From Methanomassiliicoccaceae archaeon (GTDB lineage Archaea; Thermoplasmatota; Thermoplasmata; Methanomassiliicoccales; Methanomassiliicoccaceae), in the NCBI GenBank assembly GCA_963728405.1, contig CAVSJV010000002.1:1-64000 (forward strand): a stretch of DNA of 64,000 bases, in the 5' to 3' direction. The position numbers and the translations under genes were made by a program. Positions 24,677-36,696 of this stretch are shown here, piece after piece. The notes beneath the pieces were generated by a model. That model was given only the letters and a program-made list of their open reading frames with translations, did no database searches and had not been told where the DNA came from. Position 1 is the stretch's first letter, and each line of letters begins with the position of its first letter.

Positions 24677-25926
24677 TCAGGAGAACTCGCTATTTGCGGG
24701 CTGACGGTCGTCCAGGACAGATATCCAATTTGCGGGCAAAAGCAGCGAGAGCGCGGCTGCCGCCAGCACGCAGGCGGTCGACGCCCAGAGGCAGGCGACG
24801 AGGCCGCCCCACTGGTAGAGCAGCCCCGAGAGCACCGTGCCGGCGAGCCGGCCGCCGGCGTTCGCCATGTAATAGAAGCCGACGTTCATCGCCGCCCGGT
24901 CGTTGTCGGCGTAGGCGAGGATCAGGTAGGAGTGGACGGCGGAGTTCATGGCGAAGACGACGCCGAAGGCGATCAGCCCGGCCACGATCACCGCGGTCGG
25001 GTCGAGGTCGGCGCCGAGGCCGATCGCGATCGCGGCCGGGAACGCGGCCAGGGCGAAGGCGAGCCAGGTCGCGGTGCGGCCATCGGGCTCGCCGCCGCGG
25101 CCGTCCCCGCCACGGCGCCTGACGAAGCGCGGCGCCGCCGCCTGCACGGCGCCGTAGCCGATCACCCAGATCGCGAGGAAGCCGCCGGTCTGCCAGAAGC
25201 TCCAGCCGAGCACCGTCTCCAGGTAGACGGGCAGGCCGACCACGAACCAGACGTCGCGCGAGGCGAAGAGGAAGATGCGGGCCGCGGCGAGCACGTTGAC
25301 GGCGCGGTTGTTGGAGAACATGTGCCGGAACCTGGCCGTCGCGTCGGGGCGGCCGAGGTGCCCGTGCATCAGCAGCGACACCGCCACCAGGGTCGCCAGC
25401 ACCGCCGCCATCAGGATCAGCATCGAGGTCTGGAACCCGGCCAGCGTCAGCATCAGCCCGCCGAGGAAGAAGCCGACCCCCTTGAGCGCGTTCTTGGAGC
25501 CGGTCAGGACGGCGACCCAGCGGTAGAGCGAGGACTCGTCCCCGCCGGCACGACCAGCTTGACCGCGCTCTTGGAGCTCATCTTGGTCAGGTCCTTGGCG
25601 ATGCCGGAGAACGCCTGCGAGGCCATCACGTAGGGAACGACCAGCCACGCCTCCGGGGCCAGGGCGAGCATGCCGACGGCGAAGGCCTGGGTGGCGAGCC
25701 CCATGAAGAGCGTCGTCCGCAGCCCGAAGCGCGCCGCCAGCCAGCCGCCGACGAGGTTGGTGAGGATCCCGAAGATCTCGTAGAAGACGAACAGCGAGGC
25801 GATCGTGAACGGCGAGTAGCCGAGTTCGTAGAAATAGAACAGGACCAGCATCCGGGTCGCGCCGTCGGCCAGCGTCTCGACCCAGTAGGCGCCGGTGACG
25901 AGCGCGTAGTTGCGCCGCTCCCTCAT
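24677..25926 (-). CDS. arsJ: Organoarsenical efflux MFS transporter ArsJ (frameshift near 25550)
   Basis: [64 protein letters not shown] and [13 protein letters not shown] motifs. Confidence 0.92.
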
Positions 25927-26936
25927 CGCCGGCCGCGGGCGAGGGCGCGCGCGAGCTCGACCAGCCGGTTGGCGTAGCCCCACTCGTTGTCGTACCAGGC
26001 GAGGACCTTGACCTGGGTGCCGTCGACGACCATGGTCGAGAGCGCGTCGACCACTCCCGAGCGCGGGTCGCCGCGGTAGTCGACCGAGACCAGCGGCCGC
26101 TCCTCGTAGCCGAGGATCCCGGCCAGCGGGCCCGCGGCCGCCGCCGCGAGCAGGCCGTTGACCTCCTCGACGCCGGTCGGGCGGGAGACCTCGAAGACGC
26201 AGTCGGTCAGCGAGGCGTTGAGCAGCGGCACCCGCACCGCGAGCCCGTTCAGCCTGCCCTCCAGCTCGGGGAAGATCAGCCCGATCGCGGTCGCCGAGCC
26301 GGTCGTCGTCGGGATCAGGGAGAGGCTGGCGGCGCGGGCCCGGCGCAGGTCCTGGTGCGGCGCGTCGACGACGGTCTGGGTGTTGGTCAGGTCGTGCAGG
26401 GTCGTGATCGAGCCGTGGTCGATCCCGATCCCCTCGTGGATCACCTTGACCACCGGCGCCAGGCAGTTGGTGGTGCAGGAGGCGGCGGTGAGGACGTGGT
26501 GGCGGTCCGGCTCGTAGCGGTCGTCGTTGACGCCCATCACCACGTTCAGCGCGGCCGGGTCCTTGACCGGCGCCGCGACGACGACCTTGCGCACGCCCTG
26601 GCGGAAGTAGGGCTCCAGCGCCGCCATCGTCCTGAACCTGCCCGAGCACTCGAGCACGATGTCGACGCCGGCCGCTTCCCAGGGCGCGTCGCCGGGCGCG
26701 GTGGCGGCGCTGTAGCCGAGCCTCGTCCCGGCCAGGAGGAGCCCGTCCGGGCCGCCCTCGGCGCTCTCCGACCAGCGCCCGTGGACCGAGTCGAAGGCGA
26801 GCAGGTGGGCCGCGGTGGCGGCGTCGCCGTTGGGCTCGTTGACGTGCACGAACTCCAGCTCCGGCCACTCCCACGCCGCCCGCAGGGCCAGCCGCCCCAT
26901 GCGGCCGAAGCCGTTGATCCCAACCCGTGCGCTCAT
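25923..26936 (-). CDS. ArsJ-associated glyceraldehyde-3-phosphate dehydrogenase
   Basis: [30 protein letters not shown] and WYDNEWGY motifs; directly upstream of arsJ. Confidence 0.92.
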   Translation of the reverse strand: MSARVGINGFGRMGRLALRAAWEWPELEFVHVNEPNGDAATAAHLLAFDSVHGRWSESAEGGPDGLLLAGTRLGYSAATAPGDAPWEAAGVDIVLECSGRFRTMAALEPYFRQGVRKVVVAAPVKDPAALNVVMGVNDDRYEPDRHHVLTAASCTTNCLAPVVKVIHEGIGIDHGSITTLHDLTNTQTVVDAPHQDLRRARAASLSLIPTTTGSATAIGLIFPELEGRLNGLAVRVPLLNASLTDCVFEVSRPTGVEEVNGLLAAAAAGPLAGILGYEERPLVSVDYRGDPRSGVVDALSTMVVDGTQVKVLAWYDNEWGYANRLVELARALARGRR

Positions 26937-26956
26937 CGGCGGCGCCAGCCTATCCA

Positions 26957-26992
26957 TTGACAAACGTAATTTCAATAGATATATGTAAATAG
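26957..26992 (+). promoter_or_regulatory. Sigma70-type promoter of arsR (probably leaderless) overlapping a putative ArsR operator
   Basis: TTGACA (26957) -17 nt- TATATG (26980), with the ATG 7 nt downstream. Imperfect ATTGA...TCAAT inverted repeat. Confidence 0.6.
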
Positions 26993-27361
26993 ATGGCTGT
27001 CGATCTGGATCTCGCCCCGAAGACCAAGCGGCCCGCCGGCGAGCCCTGCTGCGAGCCGGTCGTCTACCCGGACATCGAGCGCGCCGGGGCCGAGCGCATG
27101 GCCAGCGTCGCGAAGGCGCTCGGCGACCCGATACGCATGCAGCTCGTCGACGTCCTCCGCAAGCACGCCGGCAAGGTCTGCGTCTGCGAGCTGGTGCCCC
27201 TCTTCGACCTCTCCCAGCCGACCGTCTCCCATCACCTCAAGGTGCTGCGCGAAGCCGGCATCGTCGGTTCCGAGCGCAAGGGGCTGTGGGCCTACTACTA
27301 CGTCGATCTCGATTCCCTGCGGGAGCTGTCGACCTGGCTCGGCGCGCCGCCGGCGCCCTGA
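26993..27361 (+). CDS. arsR: ArsR/SmtB metalloregulator
   Basis: N-terminal CC pair; [17 protein letters not shown] and [16 protein letters not shown] motifs. Confidence 0.9.
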   Translation: MAVDLDLAPKTKRPAGEPCCEPVVYPDIERAGAERMASVAKALGDPIRMQLVDVLRKHAGKVCVCELVPLFDLSQPTVSHHLKVLREAGIVGSERKGLWAYYYVDLDSLRELSTWLGAPPAP

Positions 27362-27371
27362 CGGCCGCTCG

Positions 27372-27974
27372 CTAATCGAGGCTGCGGCGCCCGGCGAGCG
27401 CCTTGCCGAGCGTGACCTCGTCGGCGTGCTCGAGATCGGCCCCGACCGGCAGCCCGCTCGCCAGGCGGGTTACCGCGACCTGGTCCCGTAGCCGTTCGGC
27501 GATGTGGAGCGCGGTCGCCTCGCCGGTCGTGGTCGGGTTGGTGGCGAGCACCACCTCGCCGATGCCGCCGCGGCCGACCCGGTCCAGCAGCTCGGCGATC
27601 TTCAGGTCTTCGGCGTCGACCCCGTCGATCGGCGACAGCGCCCCGCCGAGCACGTGGTAGAGGCCGCGGTATTCGTGGGTGCGCTCGATCGGGATCACGT
27701 CGGCCGGCTCCTCGACCACGCAGATCATGGAACGGTCGCGGTTGGAGTCGGCGCAGATCCGGCAGAGCGGGCCCTCGGCGAGGTTGAAGCACTCCTCGCA
27801 GAGGCCGACCTTCTCCTTCACTTCACGGATCGCCTCGCCGAGCGCGAAGGCCTCTTCGTCGGGCGCCCGCAGCAGGTGGAAGGCGAGCCGCTGCGCGGTC
27901 CGCTGGCCGATCCCGGGCAGTCGCGAGAGCTCGGCGACGAGGCGCGCGAGCGGTGCCGGGCCCTCCGTGCTCAA
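27372..27974 (-). CDS. recR: Recombination mediator RecR
   Basis: LPGIGQRTAQRLAF, C4 zinc finger and Toprim domain (ATNPTTTGEATA). Confidence 0.95.
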   Translation of the reverse strand: MSTEGPAPLARLVAELSRLPGIGQRTAQRLAFHLLRAPDEEAFALGEAIREVKEKVGLCEECFNLAEGPLCRICADSNRDRSMICVVEEPADVIPIERTHEYRGLYHVLGGALSPIDGVDAEDLKIAELLDRVGRGGIGEVVLATNPTTTGEATALHIAERLRDQVAVTRLASGLPVGADLEHADEVTLGKALAGRRSLD

Positions 27975-28317
27975 CCGCCCAGGGTTCCCCAGGCAGGCCG
28001 CCGAGGCCGCCGGTGATCCCGCCCATTTTCGAGCTGGCCAGCTCCTGCGCCGCCCGCAGGCCCTCGTTGACCGCGGCCTGAACCATCTCGGCCAGCATCT
28101 CGGCCTCCTCGGGGTCGATCGCCTCGGGGTCGATCGCGATCTCGCGCAGGGTCAGGTCGCCGCCGAACTTGACCTTGACCATGCCGCCGCCGGCGCTGGC
28201 CTCGACCGTCTCGTCTTTGAGCTGCTCCTGCGCCTGCAGCATCTGGTCCTGCATCTGCTGCGCCTGTTTCATCAGCGCGTTCACGTCGAACCCGCCTGGA
28301 CCGCCTCCGCGTGCCAC
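27971..28317 (-). CDS. ybaB: YbaB/EbfC nucleoid-associated protein (indel near the 3' end)
   Basis: MKQAQQMQ...EASAGGGMVKV...IDPE..EML...AAVNE; lies between dnaX and recR. Confidence 0.9.
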
Positions 28318-30093
28318 CTAACTGACCTCCTCCGCATCGAACTCGCTCTTCAGCCGCTCCAGCAGCTCTTCCTCGTCAACTGCCTCGTCCTTGGCCGCGG
28401 GCGCGGGCGCCTCGGCCTCCACCGGCTCCTCACTCTCACTGTCGAGCAGGACGTAAATCGGCTTCAGGCTCTGCCCGGTGACGGTCGCCAACGATTCAGC
28501 GACCCGCTCCCGGTTCTCCGGCGTCTCGGCCTTGCGCTTGTTGAAGGTGGCGCCGGCCGGGAAGCTGACCTCGACGACATCGCCCTCAAGCCCGACCGGC
28601 CGAGCCTCCTCGAAAAACGCCGCCAATGCCGGCGCCGCCTTGCTCAGCTGGTCGAGCACCGCCGGCCAGATCTGCTTCAGCTTCTCAAGATCAAGGTCCC
28701 CCTGAGCAACCGGCTCCACCGGTTCCGGCTCGGGCCTATCCACCTCCGCGTCCCCGGGCTCACTTGACCCATCGGGCTCCGCCGGCTCCTCTTCAGCGAC
28801 CGGAGCTGGATCGTCCCGCGGCGGCGCATCTGCCGCGGGTGGCGCGGTAGGGGGGCCCACCCCCGAGGAAGCTTTAGCTACCGCAGGGGGTGGGGGGTCC
28901 CCTGCCGCGACAGGCCCCGCGGCCTGACCGCCCCCGTCCCGCAGCTGTCCCTCCAACCGCTCGATCGCGACGCAGCAGCCCCTCGGTCGAGGGGTCCAGA
29001 TCGGGGCGCGCCGCTTTGAGCAGCGCGATCTCGACCGCCATCCGCGCGTCGTCCCCCTCGCGGACCGCGGTCAGCGGCGTCCGCCAGCTCGTCGATCGTG
29101 CGGATCAGGGAGGCGGTGCCGATAGCCGCCGCCTGGCTCTGCAGCCGGGCCGAGTCGGTGGCGGTCACCACGAAGGAGGTCGGCACCTCGCCGGTCGTCT
29201 GGGCGACCAGGAGGAAACGCAGATGGGCGAGCAGGTCGCGGGCGAACTGGGAGGGGTCGCGGCCGGAGCGGGCCATCTTCTCGACCCCGAGCAGGACCGC
29301 CTTGGGGTCTTCGGCGACGACCGCGTCGACCGCTTCGAACAGCAGCTCGGCGTCGGCGGCGCCGAGCATCTCCAGGACGTCATCGAGTTCGACGTGGTCG
29401 CCGCCGAAGGCGACCAGCTGGTCGAGGGTGCCGAGCGCGTCGCGGAAGCTGCCCGAGGCCGAGCGGGCGATCATCGCCAGCGCTCCCGGGTCGACCTCGA
29501 TCGACTCGGTCGCGGCGACCCGGTTCAGGACCTCGGAGATCTGCTCCAGCGAGGGCCGCTGGAAGTCGAAGCGCTGGCAGCGGTCGGCGATCGTCGCCAT
29601 CACCTTGTGCGACTCGGTGGTGGCGAGGACGAAGACGGTTTTCGGCGGCGGCTCCTCCAGCGTCTTCAGGAAGGCGTTCCAGGCCTCCTTGGTCAGCATG
29701 TGCGCCTCGTCGAGGATGTAGACCTTCCAGTGGCCGCCGGCCGGGCGCGTAGGCGACCCGCTCGCGCAGGTCGCGGACGTCGTCGACCGAGCGGTTGGAG
29801 GCGGCGTCCATCTCGATCACGTCGATCGAGGTGCCGGCGGCGATCGTCACGCAGGACTCGCATTCGCCGCAGGGGGTGACGGTCGGGCCGCCGCGCTCGC
29901 AGTTGAGCGAGCGGGCGAGGATCTTCGCCATCGAGGTCTTGCCGGTCCCGCGCGAGCCGACGAAGAGGTAGGCGTGGTGGACCTTGTCCTGCTCGACCGC
30001 GTTGCGCAGGGTGCGGACCACGTGCTGCTGGCCGACGACCTCGTCGAAGGAGCCGGGCCGGTGGCGGCGGTAGAGGGAGGTCGACTCGGTCAT
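28318..30093 (-). CDS. dnaX: DNA polymerase III subunit gamma/tau (several indels)
   Basis: LYRRHRPGSFDEVVGQ, GSRGTGKTS, EMDAASN, NAFLKTLEEPP and DRCQRFDF motifs. Confidence 0.93.
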
Positions 30094-30210
30094 CGGGCAT
30101 GGACGGGCCAGTGTATCCACGCCCAGCGCCGCCCCCGAGGGCGTGTCTGAGCTTGACGCCTGTATGTGGCGGGCTAGCTCAGACACGCCTCTGGGAGCGG
30201 TCCCGATACC

Positions 30211-31759
30211 GTGCGCCGCGTGCCATCGAGGGTCTCCAGCTGGCTGACGCCGGCCGCCTGGGTCGCCGCGGTGACAGCGGCGCTGCTGCTGGTCTTCCCG
30301 GTCGGCTTCCCCAACTACGACACGATCTACGCCCTCGTCTGGGGACGCGAACTGGCGCACGGGGTCAGCCCCGACTACGGCGCCGCCCTGCCCCCCACGC
30401 CGCACCCGCTGGCCGACCTGATCGGGCTGGTGACGACGCCGCTCGGGGACGGCGCGATCACGGTGACGATGGTCATCGCCTACGCCTCCCTGGGGCTGAT
30501 CGGGTACTTCGTCTACCGCCTCGGCAGCGCTCTGGTTCGACCGCTGGATCGGCGCCGTCGCCGCCGCGATCGTCCTCACCCGGGCGCCCTTCCTCTCCAA
30601 CGGCCTGCGCGCCTACATCGACCTCCCCTACATCGCCCTCTGCCTCGGCGCCCTGACGGTCGAGGCGAAGCGCCCCCGCGCCGGCTGGCCCGTCCTCGCC
30701 CTGCTCGCCCCGCCGGCCTCCTGCGCCCCGAGGCCTGGCTGTTCTCCGTCGCCTACTGGCCTACCTGGCAATCGACCCTCAGCGATGGTCCGAGGGGAGC
30801 GAGAAGGCACCCCTCGAACGGGCGGATACTCAAAGCGTCGGCCTCATTAGGCCGGCAGCTTGTGCGGGCGGGGGGTGCCTGCTCCGCTCGCGCGCCGCTA
30901 TGGCTTGCTGGCGGCGCTTGCCGTGGCCGGGCCGGTGCTGTGGGTGCTGTTCGACGCGATCACGACCGGCGACCCGCTCTACTCGCTGACCGGGACCCAG
31001 GAAACGGTGGAAACGCTGAAGCGCAAGACCGGGCCGGTCGACCTCGTCCTCTACGGGCCGCGGGCGCTCGGCGAAGTGCTGCAGTGGCCGGGGATGGTCG
31101 GCGCCCTCGGCGGCGTCGTCCTCGGCTTCGCCTTCCTGCGCCGCCGCTCGGCGCTCGGCATCGCCGCCGCCCTCCTCGCCCTCGGCGCCTTCGCCCTGCT
31201 CGGCTGCGGCCGGCCTCGCGATCATCGCCCGCTACACGATGCTCGCCGCGGCGATCCTGGCGATCTTCGTCGCCCTCGCCCTGCTCGGCTGGCGCCTGCT
31301 CGAACCCGGCCACCCCTGGCGCCGCGCGCTGGCAGCTCTTCGCCGGCCTGGTCGCGCTGATGTTCGTCGATCTGGCTGCCGAACCAGTGGGACCTCGACT
31401 CCCGCGTCGACACCGACCTCACCAACCAGGCCGGATCGAGTGCGACCTCACCGACCTGGTCGACGCCGGCGCCTTCGAGCCGCTCTGCGGCAAGATCGCC
31501 GTCCCCAACCACCGCGCCGTCCCCCGCCTCGCCTTCGGCCTCGAAGTCAAGCCGACCGAGATCGTCAGCGCCAGCGAGGAGGGCGCCCCCGCGCGCGAGT
31601 CGGCTACTTCGTCGCCCCGGCCAGCCCCTTCGTCATCCACAACTTCATCCTCGACCCCAACGACCCGACCGAACTTCCACCTCGCCCGAGGCCTCCGCCC
31701 CGGCTTCGCAGCTCCTGGTCGCCGAAAACGAGTCCTGGCGGGTCTACGGCCGCTGCTGA
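30211..31759 (+). CDS. Polytopic membrane protein, possibly a GT-C glycosyltransferase (multiply frameshifted)
   Basis: FPNYDTIYALVWG, PTPHPL and GLLRPEAWL; many TM segments spread over frames. Confidence 0.55.
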
Positions 31760-31773
31760 GCGCGGCCGGGCGC

Positions 31774-32572
31774 TCAGCCGCCCTCGACGCTGGCGATCGC
31801 GGCGTGGGTGGCGGCGGCGAGGTCGGGATCGGCGAGCTCGACCGCCGGCGGCAGCTCGACGTGGAGGTCGTCGGAGGGGTCGATCCGCAGCCGCAGCCCC
31901 GCGGCGAGCGCGCGAGTCGAGCACGTGGCCGCCGCGGCTGCGGTCGTCGCTGATGAAGTGCAGGTGGTAGCCGGCGACCTCGATCCCCTCGACCCAGGCG
32001 GGGAAGCGGAAGCCGAGCATCGTCCCGGCGACGTCCGTCGAGCTCGAAGACGTGCTGGTCGGCGACGACCTCGGCCAGCGGCCGGTAGGGCGGGCTCTGG
32101 GCCGGGCACCGAGCGGGCCCGGACCAGCTCGAAGCGGCCGTCGAGGCGGATCGCGCAGGAGGGGGCGCCGGCGGGGATCAGCCGTCGATCCGCGCCAGCA
32201 GCTCCTCGTGCGCGAGCGGCCCCTCGAGGCCGCACGTCGACCTCGGGCTCGAACCTGGTGACGACCGCGAACGGCGTCTTCGCTCAGCGCGGGCACCGGC
32301 TCGATCGCGCCGTCGACGTCGGCGCGGAAGAACTCGCCGTCGAGGGCGATCATCTCGCCGTCGAGCCGGTTCAGCGTCCCCAGCCCGAGGTCGCCGTGCT
32401 CGGCCAGCTCGGCGAAGCTGAGGTCGCCCTCGAAGGCGCCCTCGAGCAGCGCCCCGATCGTCGAGGCCTGGAAGAGGACGTGGGGGTCGTGCTCGGCGTG
32501 CAGGTCGGCCCGGCGCATCGACTCCACGTGCAGCGAGCGGATCCAGCGCTCATCCAGCACAGCGGTCCCCAC
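31774..32572 (-). CDS. budA: Alpha-acetolactate decarboxylase (frameshifted)
   Basis: FQASTIGALLEG, HGDLGLGTLNRLDGEM and VAGYHLHFISDDRSRGGHVLD motifs. Confidence 0.9.
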
Positions 32573-33053
32573 TCAGCGCAGCGGGCCGCGGTTCATTTTG
32601 AGGTCGAGGAAGCCGTGGCAGTCCTCGAAGCTTTCCGGCGCCGCCGGAGCCACGACCGAGACCGAGGCGTAGACGCCACGGCCGCGGGTGAAATGGACTT
32701 CGGCCAGGCCACTGCCGTTGCGACCGCCGTCGGTCCGGGCGTACTCGCGCGTCCATTTGCCGTTGAAGGCGACGCGCCCGCCACCGATTTCGGCGCCGCT
32801 GAAATAGCGGTCGTAGTCTTCGCCGGTTTCCGAGTTGTAACACTGCATTCGCAGGTTGAAGAAGAAGCCCGTCACTTTGCGGCCTTCGACTTTGAAGCCG
32901 ATCAGCTGATCGCCCTGGACCTTGCCATAACGGCCGTCGGGGGCCGCGGCCGGCCGTACGTAGCGAGCGGTGGCCACCGAGACTGGCTGCCGAGCGCACG
33001 AGGAAGGCGAGGGTGAGCGGGACGAGCTTGAGGAGACGCGCGCGATTGGGCAT
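32573..33053 (-). CDS. Secreted hypothetical protein (indel in the signal-peptide region)
   Basis: Signal-like N-terminus MPNRARLLKLVPLTLAFL. A beta-rich body with two Cys lies in the neighbouring frame. Confidence 0.5.
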
Positions 33054-33218
33054 GCCGGCTCATCGACAGCCCGCTTGCCCGGCTTGAGCGTCGCTCTGCG
33101 ACCTCTGGCTCGCCGAGCGCCTCGCCTCCAATTAGCGCGGTCGTCATTTCCACCGCTATGCGGGTGAAAAGACGGCCACGCCCCGTCCGGGCTGGCGCCA
33201 TGCAAGCATCGAGCGCCG

Positions 33219-34109
<891 letters not shown>

Positions 34110-34113
<4 letters not shown>

Positions 34114-34879
34114 GGCGCCTGGAACCGGCGGCGATCGCCGGGGTGATGAGCCGCGAGGTGGCGAACTTCCGCACCTACTGGAAGGGGCACGACCTTCTCC
34201 AGCGTGCTGGAACCGATCGTCTACCTGCTCGCCTTCGGGCTCGGGCTCGGCGCGACCCTGGTCGACGAAGTCGAAGGCGTCCCCTACATCCAGTTCGTCG
34301 GCACCGGCATGGTCGCGACCGCGGTGATCTTCTCCAGCGCCCTGCCGGCGATGTTCGGCACCTTCGTCAAGCACCGCTTCCAGAACACCTACGAAGCGAT
34401 CCTGGCGGCGCCGGTCGACGTCGAGGAGCTGGTCACGGCGGAGATGCTGTGGATCGCGCCTGCGCTCGGGCTTCTACGGCTGCGTGCCGCTGCTCGTCAC
34501 CTTCGCCTTCGGCCTCGACCCGGCCTGGGGGATGCTGCTGGTGCCGCTCTTCTGCTTCGTCACCGCGCTCGGCTTCGCCGGCTTCGGGGTGGCGATGGCG
34601 GCGACCGTCGCCAAGATCGACCAGTTCAACTACGTGACCGCGCTCTTCGTCACGCCGCTCTTCCTCGTCGCCGGCACCTTCTTCCCGATCTCCGGCCTGC
34701 CCGAGGGGGTGCAGCTGGTCGCCCAGGTCAACCCCCTGCACCAGCTGGTCGAACTGGTCCGCGGCGGCGCCTTCGGCTTCGAATCGGTCGACGTCGCCCG
34801 CTTCGCCTTCCTCGTCGCCGTCGCCCTGCTCACCTGGCGCATCGCGGTCAACCGCATGCGCAAGCGCCTGATCGACTGA
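34110..34879 (+). CDS. NodJ-like ABC-2 permease (frameshifted)
   Basis: LEPIVYLLAFGLGLG, TPLFLVAGTFFP and NPLHQLVELVR. Confidence 0.85.
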
Positions 34880-34941
34880 GCGCGGCCGCGGACTCATTTC
34901 GCCGGCTCTGGCGAGGAAAAAGTACGCGGACGCAGAAAAAT

Positions 34942-35210
34942 GGACCGTGCACCGCCTTCGAAGCGCGGTCACCGGGCGTGTCCGTCGTTTTTGGCTCTTG
35001 CCGGGCTCACCTGCGGCACCCGCGGCATCCGCTTAAGGCTGCTTCCTTCCGGACCTGACCTGATTCGCGTGCCCACGTCGCGCAGGACCCGGCCGTCAAC
35101 GCCGCCGCGACGCACTGACCCCGACGGCCAGCCCCTCGGAACGGAATTCGGCCCCGCTAGAGCGGATTGCGGGTTACAAGGCACCGCTGATTCCCCGCCT
35201 AGCACGGTCC
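34942..35210 (-). ncRNA. ffs: Large (Alu-domain) bacterial SRP RNA
   Basis: The minus strand has terminal helix GGACCGTGC...GCACGGTCC, Alu-like 5' part GGCGGGGAATCAGCGGTGCCTTGTAACCCGCAATCCGC, and helix 8 TCAGGTCCGGAAGGAAGCAGC. A TAGGAT -10 box lies upstream. Confidence 0.93.
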
Positions 35211-35250
35211 AGTCGACGATCCTACCCTGCCCGCCGTAGGATCAGGCTCC

Positions 35251-36511
35251 TTGATCGCCCTGCCGACAGCCGCGATCCAGGTCGACACCGAGTCCTTCTT
35301 CGTGATCGTCCTCGCGGCGGCGGTGGCCGCGGCCACGCGTGGCGGCCGTCCCGGGGCGCTTCGTGCCGCCGGTGGTGGTGGTCGAGCTGGGGCTGGGGAT
35401 CCTGGTCGGGCCCCAGCTCCTCGACATCGCCAAAACCGACGACTTCATCGAATTCTTCTCCAACCTCGGCCTCGGGATGCTGTTCTTCTTCGCCGGCTAC
35501 GAGATCGACTTCGAGCGGATCAAGGGGGCGCCGCTGAAGCTCGGCTCCTGGGGCTGGCTGCTCTCGATCGTGATCGCCTACGCGATCGGCGGCGCTGCTG
35601 GTGGTGGCGGGGATGATCGACTCCGCCCTCTACGTCGGCTCGGCGATGGCGACGACCGCGATCGGCACCCTGATCCCGATCCTGCGCGACGCCGGCGAGC
35701 TGCAGACCCGCTTCGGGACCTACCTGATGGCGGCCGGCGGGGTCGGCGAGTTCGGGCCGATCCTGCTCGTCACCCTCTTCCTCTCCACCGACCCACCCGC
35801 TGCACGAGGCGGCTGATCCTGATCGCCTTCGTGATCCTCGCCCTGGCCGTGGCGCTGATCTCGGTCCGGCTCGCCTGGCGCGGCTGGCCGGCGCTGGAGC
35901 GGACCTTCGAGGCGAGCAGCCAGCTGGCGGTGCGGGTCACCGTCGTCCTCGTCTTCGGCCTCGTCCTGCTCGCCGGCAAGCTCGGCCTCGACGTCCTGAT
36001 CGGCGGCTTCGTCGCCGGCCTGATCACCCGCCTCGCGCTGAAAGGGCACGAGGTCCAGGTCTTCGAGTCGAAGCTGACCGCGGTCGGCTTCGGCTTCTTC
36101 GTCCCCTTCTTCTTCGTCACCAGCGGGATCCAGTTCAACCTCGACGCGCTCGGCTCGGTCGGGGCGATGCTGAAGCTGGCGATGTTCTTCGCCCTCTTCC
36201 TGGTCGTCCGCGGCACGCCGGCGATGCTGCTCTACCGCGGCGTCCTCGAGCTCCGCGACCGCGCCGCCCTCGCCTTCTACTCGGCGACCGAGCTGCCGCT
36301 GGTGGTCGCGATCACGACGATCGCGACCGAGACCGGCCACATGAAATCCTCGACCGCCGCGGGGCTGGTCGGCGCCGCGATGCTCTCGACCCTGGTCTAC
36401 CCCTTCGTCGGCCTGGCCCTGCGCAGGCGCAGCGAGGAGGAGACGGCCGAGCCGCCGGACGAGGGACCCCCTCCCGCGCCCCGCCCCGACTACCCGGCTG
36501 AATCCCCGTAA
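35251..36511 (+). CDS. Cation:proton antiporter (CPA2/Kef-like; frameshifted)
   Basis: LGLGMLFFFAGYEID, TTAIGTLIPILRD, GFGFFVPFFFVTSG and ATELPLVVAI. Confidence 0.85.
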
Positions 36512-36525
36512 GATCCGCCGCTCCC

Positions 36526-36597
36526 GGGCGCGTAGCTCAGTGGGAGAGCGCTCGCTTCACACGCGAGAGGTCGCTGGTTCGAAACCAGCCGTGCCCA
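36526..36597 (+). tRNA. tRNA-Val (CAC), CCA not encoded
   Basis: Acceptor GGGCGCG/CGTGCCC, D arm TAGCTCAGTGGGAGAGC, anticodon arm CTCGC-TTCACAC-GCGAG and T arm GCTGG-TTCGAAA-CCAGC. Confidence 0.96.
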
Positions 36598-36696
36598 TGC
36601 AAAGCGTTTTGCCATGCCAAAACGCAACGCGAAGAAATAGATCTTTCAAAAGCCTAGGCGTATAGACGATTAGCCGTATATGCGTATACTTACGGC

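Noticed and set aside
28318-30093. Programmed frameshift in dnaX producing gamma/tau
   Set aside because: Breaks fall inside the AAA+ domain, no A-AAA-AAG or poly-A slippery site is seen, and neighbouring genes have the same indel noise.
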